Shown: positions 36,865-49,366 of the stretch, in pieces
How positions within the stretch are numbered: the first letter of the stretch is position 1
Layout of the letters: each line of letters begins with the position of its first letter
Assembly (NCBI GenBank): GCA_051294905.1
Contig: CM119380.1
Location: 25,916,001 to 25,980,000, forward strand
Direction: 5' to 3'
Length of the DNA stretch: 64,000 nucleotides
From: Botryllus schlosseri
Taxonomy: Eukaryota
Made by a program: the position numbers and the translations under genes
The notes under the pieces: generated by a model
Databases searched by the model: none
Told to the model about the DNA's origin: nothing
Seen by the model: the letters and a program-made list of their open reading frames with translations, nothing else

Positions 36865-39522
36865 CTGTCGATGAATGTAAAATGGCTTTGGCTAAAATGA
36901 TTCGCCATCATTCCTTGTTTGCCACTCGTGATTACCGTCGGTAAGACGCCATCAGTGGTAAAAAAAATTCAAGACGCGAACATATATCACTACTATTTTT
37001 CCCAGAATGGTAGGCAAGTGCCGGTAACGAGGTTTAAAATTATTAAGGATACTCCTAAATGTTGAACGAAACGATGAAACTGTCCACTTACAACATTTCC
37101 CCACTCTGTTCACAAGAAGAGCCAATCCCAGGTAGCGAGCGAAGAGAAAAATATAGTTTACGGAATGCATAACGATATTATCTCACCGCCAAGTGGCACT
37201 GAATATCATAACAGACATTAGACGAATTAAATACAGCCTTCAGGAGCCTTCGTAAATATCTATTTAAGGGAATGGACAAATCAACCATGACATGCATACA
37301 TGTCATGATCAATGTTCCCTCTTATTTTTCACGAGTCTGCGCGCCCTCACCAACGCAGCTTTGAGGGAACAGTGGTCATGATGATGAACTATACGAAATT
37401 TGCTATACTGAGGAACCGTTAGATCATTCATTGGTCGCCTGCAGTTGACATGACGTTCACCGGATTTCTCTCAAAGTATCAGCATATCCATTACGAATCT
37501 CTTCTACACTGGGAGTAATTTATTATCGGAAACCACAATGCGTTGAAAACCAGTCGAATTCGTAATTACCACAAGACGGGAAATCGGATTGTTTTTCAAG
37601 GGAAACTATATAGGATAGAAATTTCGTAGTCGGTGCACCATTTCCTTATCTCACCAACGACAGCACCACTCATTTGTCGGGGCTATGAGAAATCAGGGAT
37701 ATACATAACGATAGTTCCATAGAGACGAGTTCTATATATCCCTGTAAGGAACATCTGGCAGTCGAGAACCTTTCTCTAGCACAGTGGTTCCCAACGTGGG
37801 CGATATCGAAAAACATGGAGGCGATGGGGGACGGTGAGGGCGAAAATTAGATCGTCCAGTGAGATATGTTTAATTAACGCAGTCATAAAATGCACGTGAA
37901 GACAGATTATTCTGCATATGACGCGAAAGTTGATTAAGCAAAAGGTCGACCCAACGGAAAGTAGTCCCGGAAACCGGTTTTCCCAGAAAAATCTCGTAAA
38001 AATGACTTTTTTAAATATCATAATTCACTAGCGATCAGAGTCAGGTGAATCAATCTTCCGTTTACATTTTCTTTTCTTTCGGAACCGTAAATATGTGGGA
38101 AAACCTTTGTTTCGGGCTAAATAAGGAGGCGATGAGTCGATAAAAAGTTGGAAACCACGGCTCTATAGAACAAACTTCATGTAGGGGGTGAAAATTCGGT
38201 GAAGTATTTTGGGGGTTGGGTAAGTAAAGCATGTGAGGGTATTGGAATCATTTCCATATAGATAAAGGTCACATTATTAGCATCCCTCGCACCCGATTAG
38301 TGATCTCGGCACTGCTGCGTGCTATGGTAAGTTGTCATTCGTGTAAATGATATTTCAGTCCAAGTAAAACGCATTTCTCACGTATCTATTATGCCAGTAT
38401 TCCTATTCAGTCGGAGAAGGTATCAGTTTCCAATACAGAATTGAGTTTTTTTTCGATAGGGTTAAACACATGGACGGGAAGTCAGAGCGTTATATAAACC
38501 ATAGTACATGTTTACTTTCCGTGGGTCTAATGTGAGCAATCGAAGAACTTGATATGCACAAAACATTCCGAATGAATTTATACCTCTTTCTGAAGCCTAT
38601 TACTACTTACCACACACTACAAGTATCACTATATGAGAGAAAGGCATTAAAGTTGCATGTCTAATCTCTAAGCATATCTTCAGACAGCAATTCACGTTGC
38701 GATTTCGATGAGTGAAAGGGTTGCGGAGAGATGGTTCAGTTACTCGTGCATTTTTTTACCTTATCTAAACTACAAAACATTATATGCGCAACATATAAAT
38801 CCTGTCGATTGGTGTATATTGCATTGACGCGCGCAGTCAGAGGTGCTCAAAGTAGCCATCGTCGGTACTTAAGCATAGGATGAAGTAATTTCTACTCTCA
38901 AGTAGAAGTAGAAGTAGCGATTACAGGTAATTTAAAAAGCAAGTATTGTAGGCCGCCTATTTTTGCCTGAAAAACTGAAAACTGTCCAGCAGAAGAAGTA
39001 GTCTAAGATTAAAGCGACTTGGGGAAGTCGGCATTATCTACTTGAAGTATTTAGGAAAGTAGGAGCACCTCGTTACTGACCATATCTGGACACAGGTACA
39101 CCCCTGGTTATGACTCGGGCATAGTATTTACCAATTAGAATATAAATTAAAATACGCTTACATCTTCACTATTGGCAATACCTACATACAATAAATAACG
39201 CAGCTCACTCAGAAACCTATCTGATACTTCGCTTTCGACGACTCGCCTTATTAAGCCTTAAATAAGGGGGCATAGCGGGAGCGATATCATGCCGATATTG
39301 TCACAGCAGCTGTTATGTGACGCACATCCTAGGTGATCGCTCATAGTGTACAAAGTGAGCTATGGGGGACAAGTGTAGATCGGGCACGATGTAACCCTGA
39401 GGCTCCCAAACCCAAGATCCGATAAAGATTTCCTGAAATCAGATTACTATTTTGCCAGAGAGTCATATCTATCGCACTAATAAATAACAGAATGACTGAC
39501 AGTAATTCGAAACGCACTCATG

Positions 39523-39644
39523 TTACTTGTAAATCGAGCAATTTACGTACTCTATGTCCATCGGAGTTGCTAGTGCATCTTGCTGACCTGATAGGTTTAG
39601 TAGCCCGTAATGGTTTACTTGAGAAAGGAATGGATATTGATTGC
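39523..39644 (-). other. Exon-like segment of unknown identity, paralogous to 5729-5907
   Basis: ttacag|GC AAT CAA TAT... NQYPFLSQVNHYGLLNLSGQQDALATPMDIEYVNCSIYK*. Confidence 0.4.
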
Positions 39645-41463
39645 CTGTAATAATATGTATAGGTCGAATTATGGTGCGCATGCAGCCTTTGTAGAAGGTA
39701 GTTCACCTATACCTGTACAGAGGGCATTTGTTAATGCATTTCTGTGATTTACTGAGCCGTGTTGAGAGTGGCGTTCAAAATAGAAAGTACAAGTTCTGTG
39801 ACATTCTGCTGAGTTCAACATATTTTAAATAGATCGGATACGGCTCTTTTATGTGAGGACCAGACCAGAGTATGGTTTATTATTAGTAAAGGTCAAATAC
39901 CAACACACATTCGACCAGGTTGACAGCAGGCCCTATCATGAAAAGCAAAATTGAATTATACACGTAGGCTACGTGCCACTTTCTGACGGACAGCACAAAG
40001 GAAAAATATTCATTCTGCTATAAAATTCCGTGCAATCAACTTCCATCCCGAATTCTGAAAAATTGGTTATTGAGTAGCTTATCAATTCTCACTAATGATA
40101 AATGTGAGTCAATACATACAAATTCACACTAAAGACAGATTCTGTATATATTTTTTTGATGTAGGCCTACACAATCTCCATTTCTTCGTCCATTATAAAG
40201 TCAAATAAAAGATTGCAATTGGACTATTTTGGATTTATGAACAAAATTATCATCACTTTGTAGAAACATCCGTTTCTGAATAAGGGGGTATAGAAACACG
40301 TAGACTTTGATTGTCGCAACGCGCCGGTTAGAGTAGCAGTTTTAGTAGTAGTAGTCGTTGTTGTTGATTATTATTTGATTTGCGGTTATAACGCAAGTGG
40401 TTTTGTTCGCCATATCCAAAAAGTCATTTAACATCAAGGGGTGGGTATTACATTACTAAATATAAACTCAAATATATGACTTTGTTGCGAGAACGAATTC
40501 CACAACGTATGGAAGCAGTTTTTTGTGGCTTATAACGAAAGTTACTGTTGCACTGATTCGGAAAATATTATAATCTGGATATGGCACTGCAATCCCCCTT
40601 CCAAAATAGCCCTCAGAGTCGGAAATTCTAACATATATTGTACAATGTACAATTGTACATCCATAAACTGGTATGAAGCCTAAGCCTGCCTATTTATTAT
40701 GATTGTGCTGTCGTGTGCGTTCTAACCCATTCCTATAGCTGACATCGCCACTTCATTAATTATTTTATAAGTTTCTGTCGTATCTAATTACGCATTATAA
40801 ATATGCACATTATAATCTCAATGTGGGTGCGGTAAGGGCCGACTTTCGTAGCAATTCACAATCAAAGATGACTTGCGCGAAAGATATATAGGTCATACCA
40901 TAGGAGATAGTTATGGGATAGGTTATCGTCATCGAGTGTTCTGCAACAGGGGTGTACAATGTACCTTTTAGACAGGATGTCCAAATATGAATACCAGCAT
41001 GAAACCGTGGGTCGCAAAACAGCTCCACGGTCCCCGACCTCATTAGGATGGCGAGACTTGCCATTATCTTTCTATATTGGACTCCACATATATGAATCGT
41101 GAATAGCAAGTCGCGCATAGTGCGAAACATAATGTCAGGTTATTTTGTCAACATATTAATATGCAAAATCATCATAGGCATATTATGGTGTATTTGACCT
41201 TCTCGTAACCCTGCAATCGAGATTTTCTGTAAATAGCCTACTTCACTAACTGGAATTAAAATTTCATTCCGCGGCTTCTTGTTCTCCTCAGTAGTGTGTA
41301 TAAAAGTATTATCCCGCTTTTGACATACCAAGTTCAGAAACAATGCAGGTATTTTGAATTCGAACCATATAATTGAATGTTGGCAGATTCCATGCAATTT
41401 TCATTGTAAAATGCAGCCATTCAGCCTATATACTTGAGTATGCATATTTGTCTATTTTCCTTG

Positions 41464-44400
41464 TCAAAATGAATCACAGCTATAGGCTTGATCCCCAGCA
41501 GGTGCGCCGTTTTCTTGAAGAAAATCCATGTAAGGCTGGACTCTGGAGTAATAGCTCGGTTCATTCGTAAAACAGGCAGGCTCGGGTCCGAGAACAAAGC
41601 TTGTGATTCCCGCCGCATACCATTCGCAACTGCTGCATCTCTGACAAACTAGTGCTCCACCGCTATCCCCCTAGACAATAAGTTTGTTATTCCCATATAT
41701 TCAATCGCGGGCCTCAGATCCAAGGTCCGAGTGATTCTCAAAGTATGGGTATGAATTTGGGTCGCGACAACCATAGTAATGAGTGCCAGGAAGGTTGGAT
41801 TTACGTAAAATTTGCCGAAATTATTGCATTTGAGATATTACTTTTCGCGAACTCAGCTACAGCTAGTGTGCACATTTTCAAGTCTACTGTGTTAGGGACT
41901 GTGCTATTTCTGATCAGCGCTGGCATGTTTTCATGACAATAATATGGCCTGATCATAAGCAATGTGCCCACGTTGTATTACGCCAGGAGTGACCAACCTG
42001 CAGCCGTAAAGAGCAGTAATCATGCGACCGTCTGCACAAAAAAAAACGTGTGCTGGCAACATGCAATTTGAATTAACTAATTGCATCCGAAATTTTTGAG
42101 AGATTCTTGAGCGATTTGAAATTTGAATTAACGAATTGAATCCCAATTTTTTCAGACATTTGCGCGATTCAGGGTAACATGATGACCTAGCAATCTAAGC
42201 CCCACCGTACAAATACGAACTGCAGAGGAGAATGATGCGCCCTATAAACAAATATCAATTTGGAATCGTGTGCGTCTCACAAATGATGATTTGTCAGGTA
42301 CACGTCTGGGCGATTCCAATATATATTTTGACTCTACCGTTAATCCTGATGGGTGATCAAAAAATAACTACGTGCGACAAAGTGATGATTACCAACTGGA
42401 ATATGCATCTTATTACTAATTTTATGCCCAAAGTTTTCGAGGACCACCACCTGTAAATCTGATCACGTGGGCTGCGAAAGGATAAGTATTTGATATATAT
42501 GTGATTTGTGCAACTACCAATATTACCGACGAAGTTCATTAGTGATGTTGAAACTATTTTCGCGACTAGACAACGATTCTCCATAATTTTTCATAGCATG
42601 AATACTCGCGATTTCGGTACGTATAGTAAGCCGGCGGGGGCGTTCTTCTTTTACAATTAGAAATCAATGCGCGAGGTATTTCACAACAGAACAGTGCTGA
42701 CACAGAACACCATACGAGCTGCCCGCCAATTTAACATGGATATTTGGCATCCAAGTGGGCCATCATGACTGTCCGCTGGAATGCGGCGGTATGCTAGGTA
42801 TAAAATGGAAATGCGGCCATGAATGTTAAACACCCCTATATTATGACACCAGTAAGGTTTGCCAGACATCTGGTTTCTCTAGCAAGCTCTTGGTTGAAAA
42901 CATATTGGGGATCACATTTGCAGTTCGTTTAGTGTTATCAAGTCTAGAGTAATTGGCAATTGTGAAGCAGAGATCAAACAGAATCAATGACTTTTCACCA
43001 ATGTTCCATGCTCATGTTCCGCAGAACAGTGAAGCGTTTAGTAGTCTATACCATAACTGGTTAGTGCAGTGGTTCTCAACCTTTTTTAGACATGCCCCCC
43101 TTTATGATAGTGAAAAATTTCGCGCCTCCCTTATCGTCATATCACAAAATCCAACCGGGATGCTAGCGACCCCAACAGATTGTTTGGTGGCATGGAAGGT
43201 TATGACAGCTGATGAGAGAATTAAAGAATATGAAATTTGTTCTATATATAGAAAAACACTCGTGAATTGGAGGTAAATCGCGCAGAGCGCGAAAATATTG
43301 TCAGTTGACCGCTTCTTCGCGCCCCCTTGCAGATGCTTTCACGCCCCCCCCCCCGGTTGAGAACCACTGGGTTAGTGGTTACCAGTATGTTGTCTATTTC
43401 ATACATGCCCGAAAAAAACCTAACATGTTGACAGCAAAAATGCATTTTTAATGACTGATGCTTTGGTCGTGAGACACATGTAAAACTCAGATTTAAATCA
43501 CGGTCCAAGTCCAAAATGTTTTAGAATTACCGCTATATACGGTACGAAAATACTCATGATATTAGCAGACACGCTTTCTCCATCTCCAATAGTCCACGGA
43601 CTAGTGGCATTGTCTGGTTTTCTTCGTCGTGATAGGTAATAAGTTATGCTACCGCCTACCGACCATCTCGGTGACACGCCTTTATTCCATATAGAACTGC
43701 AACATGCGATACTTACAAAGCAGGCACTTTGTGGAGTTAATGACGCATTGGCACAGATTTGGAACGCCGGATCATAGGTCTGAAAACCTGAAGTGCACTC
43801 TGCAGCTGTTGGAATGTACAATTGCGCTTCCTGTAGGAGCAGTGGTATTGCAAAACCTGTTGTAGGATCTGTATCTAAAAAGTACATTGATCATTAGTAA
43901 TAACAACGTGTAGTAGAGTACCGGTGTTGGATGGGTTCTTTATTCTTCAAGTTACCAGGTCACAATCGCAGCACAGATACACAGATAGCTGAACAAATGA
44001 ACAGAAAACACAGCACGCCCAACCCGCAGGTAATGTCGCTCTGCTGTATCCTTAGACTTTGCAAAGGATATATCGAGGTAGTGTTATTTTTGGCATTTTT
44101 CACGTTTTATTTTTAGCAGATTTGGCATCGCCATCAACTCATATTCATATGATTGAATTAACCAGGTAAAACGCTCAAGCTTGGCCTTTCTTGTGAAATA
44201 GAAGTCACAAAACATGCAGTATCCACACTGCGCTATCTAACAGCAAATGACAAATGATGTTGAATACCAAATTCACCTGATACAAAACCGAGTGCTTTTG
44301 TAAATTCAATCTCAATAGTCGATTTCGCTATGAGTGCAAAACTACCGGCATTCATACTGATCACAATACTTATGATGACAATTTAAGAAAGTTGTTGGCA

Positions 44401-45781
44401 CGTTTGGACCACAGTCCCGTATTGGCAACGTGACACAATCTATCAGTGATTTAACAATTAACATTTATACATTTTTTAATTAGAAGTTGAAGGGTTCATA
44501 GTATTTGGTTTATGCACATTGAGCCAGATACAGCCTGGGTCTCGCTATAGGCCGCTACATCAGGCCGATTAGGGTTACCATGGTAACCTTTAGGAGGATT
44601 AGTCCTCCTTTTTCGGGTTTTTGAAAAAGTGTCCTCCTTTGCCGATTTCAAAATATGGTAACCCTACGCTACATGATGTCACAAAATGCATGAGCACTGA
44701 GTAGCGACAACAAGAAAATGCCTAGTCAATGAGCTAAATCCAAAAATTAGGACTCTGTCACAGATTCCGAAATATGCTGACTACTGCCTCAACCTTATTT
44801 TTGCGTTGAGCAGCTACTTCCTAATCGCTGGATATCATCAACTTCCTAATCGCTATTGATCAATCCACAGATTGGCCGTATATCCAGATTTAATCACTGC
44901 AGTTTTTAGCCTCGAGTCTAAGATTGTGATTAACCTTTCATGAACCCCTTGGAAGGTAGGCCTAGTCTGCGGACCGCCGAAGTATTCACGGACCCAAATT
45001 TAAGAATTCTGCTTTACACGCTTGTTTTGTCGCTTCACACAAACTCCTTTAAATTTTTGTTGACGATTTTGTCAAAAACATCTACTGTGGAGCCATTTTT
45101 CTTCGGCGCCCCCATACCGCTACCCTGAGCCCATATTTGTATCTACGTTAACGTGAATTTTCTGACTTGAGTCAAGTTAAAAGCCGTAAACCAAAGAGAC
45201 TGCTTGCAATTTAAGGCAAAACACGGGTATGTTTTTTCAACAACGCAACCTCGTTTCAATCGTATCATCCATCGGATTAATATGTGAAAATATTTATCGA
45301 AAGAGAAGCTTTTCTTCTGTAAGTGTGCCGTGATGGAGCGGTATATCATGTCTCCAGTGTGCCACAAGATGACATAGTTTGTGAAGTACTGATATATATT
45401 CTCACCAAACAAGGGACAATAAGGGTCGCTATATAAGCTATCGGATTCATTTAGATGAATGGCATAATATTGCAGCCTACCTCCCCAACCAGCAAGAAAG
45501 CAATTCATTCCGGGCACAGGTTCCTCCCCCATCGGGAGGCTCAGGGGCGTGGCGTGGCTCGGGACTTCGCTGAAAAGCTAACACGCGCATAAGTTTGACA
45601 AACAAAAAGGGGGTGAGCGTGACGCAGTAGTACCTTCAGAACCATGATATCGTGCAAGGTATTTGAATAATATGGGAACGGGATAGCTTCGGCGACCTTA
45701 ATCTGCGCGCCAGAGAGAAAAACTGTCGATCCCGCATATATATATCCAGCTTCGAGCCCCGAAAAAGCGGCGTTCGTTAAT
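41464..45781 (-). CDS. Gene B: 3' part of a paralogous S1A serine protease
   Basis: join(45634-45781, 45481-45577, 43717-43874, 41464-41670). The first three exons have the same lengths and phases as in gene A. HDIMVLK, NCFLAGWG, QSACF|GDSGGALVCQRCSSC...YSCDSF*. The His and upstream exons were not found in the window. Confidence 0.88.
43067..43369. mobile_element. hAT/Charlie-like MITE
   Basis: TIR CAGTGGTTCTCAACC; perfect 8-bp TSD GGTTAGTG. Confidence 0.88.
44561..44666. mobile_element. 106-bp mini hAT-type insertion
   Basis: Perfect 8-bp direct repeat CGCTACAT on both sides; contains TAGGGTTACCAT...ATGGTAACCCTA. Confidence 0.65.
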
Positions 45782-46541
45782 CTAAACATTTTCGTGTTAG
45801 ATTAGCTTCCGATACTGTAGTATTTTCATATGCTGAAGACGTGTGTTTCTGCGCGACAGTCTGAATCCTGTACTGTCGAGTGTCGATTATAGGCGCAGAA
45901 GCCCGTTCAATGGGTTATCTACGGAGGCTAATCGTTGTAATTCATACACGTATTCCACGAGTTTAACAAAACGTCCAATTACGATTCAAATGAGGATAGC
46001 TGACTCGTAGAACAGCAACAGCAACGTACAACCGAAGGAAGATAGCCGACACGTAGTACAGCAACATACAACAAGATTTACAAATTGTACAATGTACATT
46101 GTACAATTAATTTTGCGGCAACGTAAATAGCCAACAATCGGTGGTCCGCCGACGATTTATATAGCAGTTGGAACAGCCTATCCGAGAAGGCTTGATTATA
46201 AATTATAGCTAAAATACGAACGCAATTGAATAATACGAAATAACATGCGTAATCGCAAACGAAGTGTTCGGTCAATCCATTTAACAACACCGTGGCCTGT
46301 GGCGAGATAGCGTAGTGTAGGGTTGCCCAGTGGCGGCTCGTCCTATAGGGCAACTGTGGCATTGCCCCACCTAAAATTCTGTTCAATAACAATTTAACCA
46401 TTTATAGACGCACAGCAATCAATATATACCGAGATCACAGCGAAACCCGCGTTCTTCTTGTGCTTTCGCTTGCAAACGCCCATACATAGCGAAGTCTCTG
46501 CGAAAATCGAATTCTCTTCTGTGTTTTCGCTTTGTGAATGC

Positions 46542-47720
46542 CTAGCCGGGGCTTGCCCCGGTAGCGCTCATAACAAGCTTTCAGTATCTATTCTCTCAAA
46601 GCCGCGCACAATAAAGAAACGGTGATTTACTCTCTCCTATTCGTAAAATGGCCGAGCAACCGGGGCAAATATGCCTACTCGCCCCTAAGGTGTGATGTAC
46701 CAATCGTATCTATATCTGAACTCGGTTACCGTAATATGCGTTGAGTCGACCTTTGCTGGTATAGGTCGATTTTGACGGTGTTTCGCACCATGATAATTCT
46801 TGAAACTTGGTATGATATGTCGTGAAGGTAGTATTTAACACTGCTCCAAGTTTTAGGCTTGCTACTTAAAGATAATGGTAGTAATTCCGTTTCCGAAGTT
46901 CAGTGTGTGCTGATCTATCATGTACATAGTACAGCAAACGGATTTTACTCAAAAGCCGGTATTGGTCTCCATTGATTTTGACGATGTTCTATACCGAGAT
47001 CGGTCATGACATTTGGCACGGTAAGTGTTAGTATCGACCGATGTAACAAGTTTTAAGTTTGTCACTGAACTATGTGGGTGGTAATTTCGTTTCCGAAGTC
47101 GAGTAAGAGCTGACTCTTCATTTATCGCCAACAAATTTACGCAAAAGCCGTTATTGGTCTCTATTGATTTTAACGATGTTCCATACCTAGATCTGTCATG
47201 AGCTTTCACACGGTATGTCTTGATTTTAGTATCGAACGCGGTGCCAAGTCTTAAAGTTGACACTCAATGATTGAGGCAGTTATTTCGTTTTCGAGGTCGA
47301 GTATGGTAGAGATGCGCGCTGATCTGATACTTAGCCTACCTACGTCATTGCGGATCTCACGCAAAAGCCGGTGTCGGTCTGTGCTAATCTATAGTCTGCG
47401 TTCCATAACGAGATCGGTGATGATATTTCCAATGGTATATCTCGATGATCGCATGAAACAGCTAACCAAGATTCTCGGTTTGCATTCAAGTATTCGCATA
47501 ATTTTATGTTCGCCAATGTCCATTTCACTGTGAAATTGTGGCCTTCAAACCATTTGCTTACAATCCCCTGTCAATTGCGATAGCTATTTCATTTTCGATG
47601 TCGGCTAACAGCTGATCATTCGATCAGCCTATTCCTCGATCTATTTTACTCAAAGTTCGGTGTTCGTCTGTTTGCATTGATTTTGACAGTGTACCATACC
47701 GGAATGGGTTATGAGATTAC
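46542..47720 (-). repeat. Degenerate 190-220 bp minisatellite, possibly a Helitron/Helentron-derived element
   Basis: CAAAAGCCG...ATTGATTTT...CATAC recurs near 46950, 47142 and 47362, with weaker copies on either side. On the minus strand the array ends in a CCGGGGC..GCCCCGG hairpin followed by CTAG (46542-46561). Confidence 0.5.
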
Positions 47721-48694
47721 GTATGCTACTTCTCGATGATTTCTTGTAACAGTATACTAAGTTACGGCTTTTATTCATGTATTTATATATTAATATATTT
47801 TCCAACGGCGATTTCGCAGCAGACTTATAGACAGTGAGCCGTATGTGTTGTGTCACAGTCTCCAGTTTCAAGGCCAAAATGTCCTACGTTGTTCCGAGAC
47901 CGAAGTTCCGAGGCTGCTGTCCTTAGTTCTTCAAAGACCATTCAAATTGATGTTCTGGATTCAATATGACAGGCCCAATCTATGAGATAACAATTGCGTA
48001 TGTGTCCGAACTCGTTGACCTTTCCAGTTAGGCTTACGCAATCTCTCGAGTTCTAGTCATTGGAATTAGTCAGGTCAAGTCAAGTGCGAACATGAATCGT
48101 ATTGAATCTTTATTCCGTACGTAGTTTACGCAGTTGCCTTTAGAGCGAAAATGAGAGGTCTAGAAGTTGTCCAGTCTATTGATCCAATCGTACGCCGGGT
48201 GCCTCCGCTTTGGTTGCCTATTATCACCTGGTCGTAACCAGAGATGGCCACAGTCCGGTTCAGGAGCAGGAGCAGGATTTCAATGTTTTTTTACCTGGCC
48301 GGACTGGATCCAGATTTCGAATTTGGGGTGACGGTCGGATTTTAGGGTCTATCGATTTGCGTAATCTATAACTCTACCATGAAATCAAAACGCATGCTAC
48401 TAAGGATGACCTGATACTTGATTCGTGGCATAGGGACGATTCTTAGTTCACGTACATTTTGTAAAATAATCCTTTGATTAAAAATAAATGAATAAAACAT
48501 TTGTTACCACACTTCAAGTCACGGCTCACCGGCAAACCTCTCGCGGCACCTACGTTAAAATCACTGCTGTCGGGAAATTCATGTGACCATCATAAAGTTA
48601 CTTTTTTACGTTGGAAAACGCCATTGTGACGTCATGTTGATAAAAGTCACTCGCAGCCCTTGCCCCACCACCCGATATTGTCACGAGCCGCCAC

Positions 48695-49366
48695 TGGGGT
48701 TGCCATACGTCCGGAATTTCCCGGACATGTCCGGAATTTCACTGTTCAAACTGTGTCCGGAAGGAATTTCTAAAATATGCCCAAATGTCCGGAATTTTGA
48801 AGGCTTGAAGTAAGCTCATAACTTTTTCATAAATCAATATAAACAATATTATTTTTGGGAAGAATTATGCTACATGCAATTTTTCTTCGCGCAGCGCGCG
48901 ATTTAGTATCACATATATTGGTTTTAATATGGGGACTACCAGCCTCGCCAATACTGCGATCAAAATAAAAAAAATAGCATTCATTTACAGAAATAAGTCT
49001 AATTGTAATCGCAATAACAAGATAACGGTATATTCATAGAGTCGGTTTAGACCGTTTGGATTCAATGGATATTCAATGTGGTTCTAAACCTGGGTGTAGT
49101 TTGCCTTCATTATGGGATTCGCGAAGATGTTGAACGTAGTCAGCCTCCAAAATAGGCTTTGACTAAGTCTGGGCAAATTTGCCGACCTTTATTTAGTAAT
49201 CAGCTTGTCAAATTAGTAGCTGGGCCACGGCAAATTGGAAATGGAGTCGCGACCATAAAAGGTTGGAAACCACTAGATGTGCGGTGTTTATATATCTCAG
49301 TGGTTCAGTGCGGACCGGCATTAGGCTGATAAATAATCTAATCGGGGTGACATGAACATGACTTAA
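48695..49366. mobile_element. hAT MITE interrupted by the giant palindromic element
   Basis: Reverse-complement homolog of 32355-33034; starts TGGGGTTGCCATACGTCCGG. Homology resumes after 63975. Confidence 0.85.

Noticed and set aside
38500-38570. Gene A signal-peptide exon at the position homologous to gene C's
   Set aside because: Flanking DNA is homologous, but the ATG frame (MFCAYQVLRLLTLDPRK) is not signal-like and ends in phase 0. The gene A start remains unlocated.
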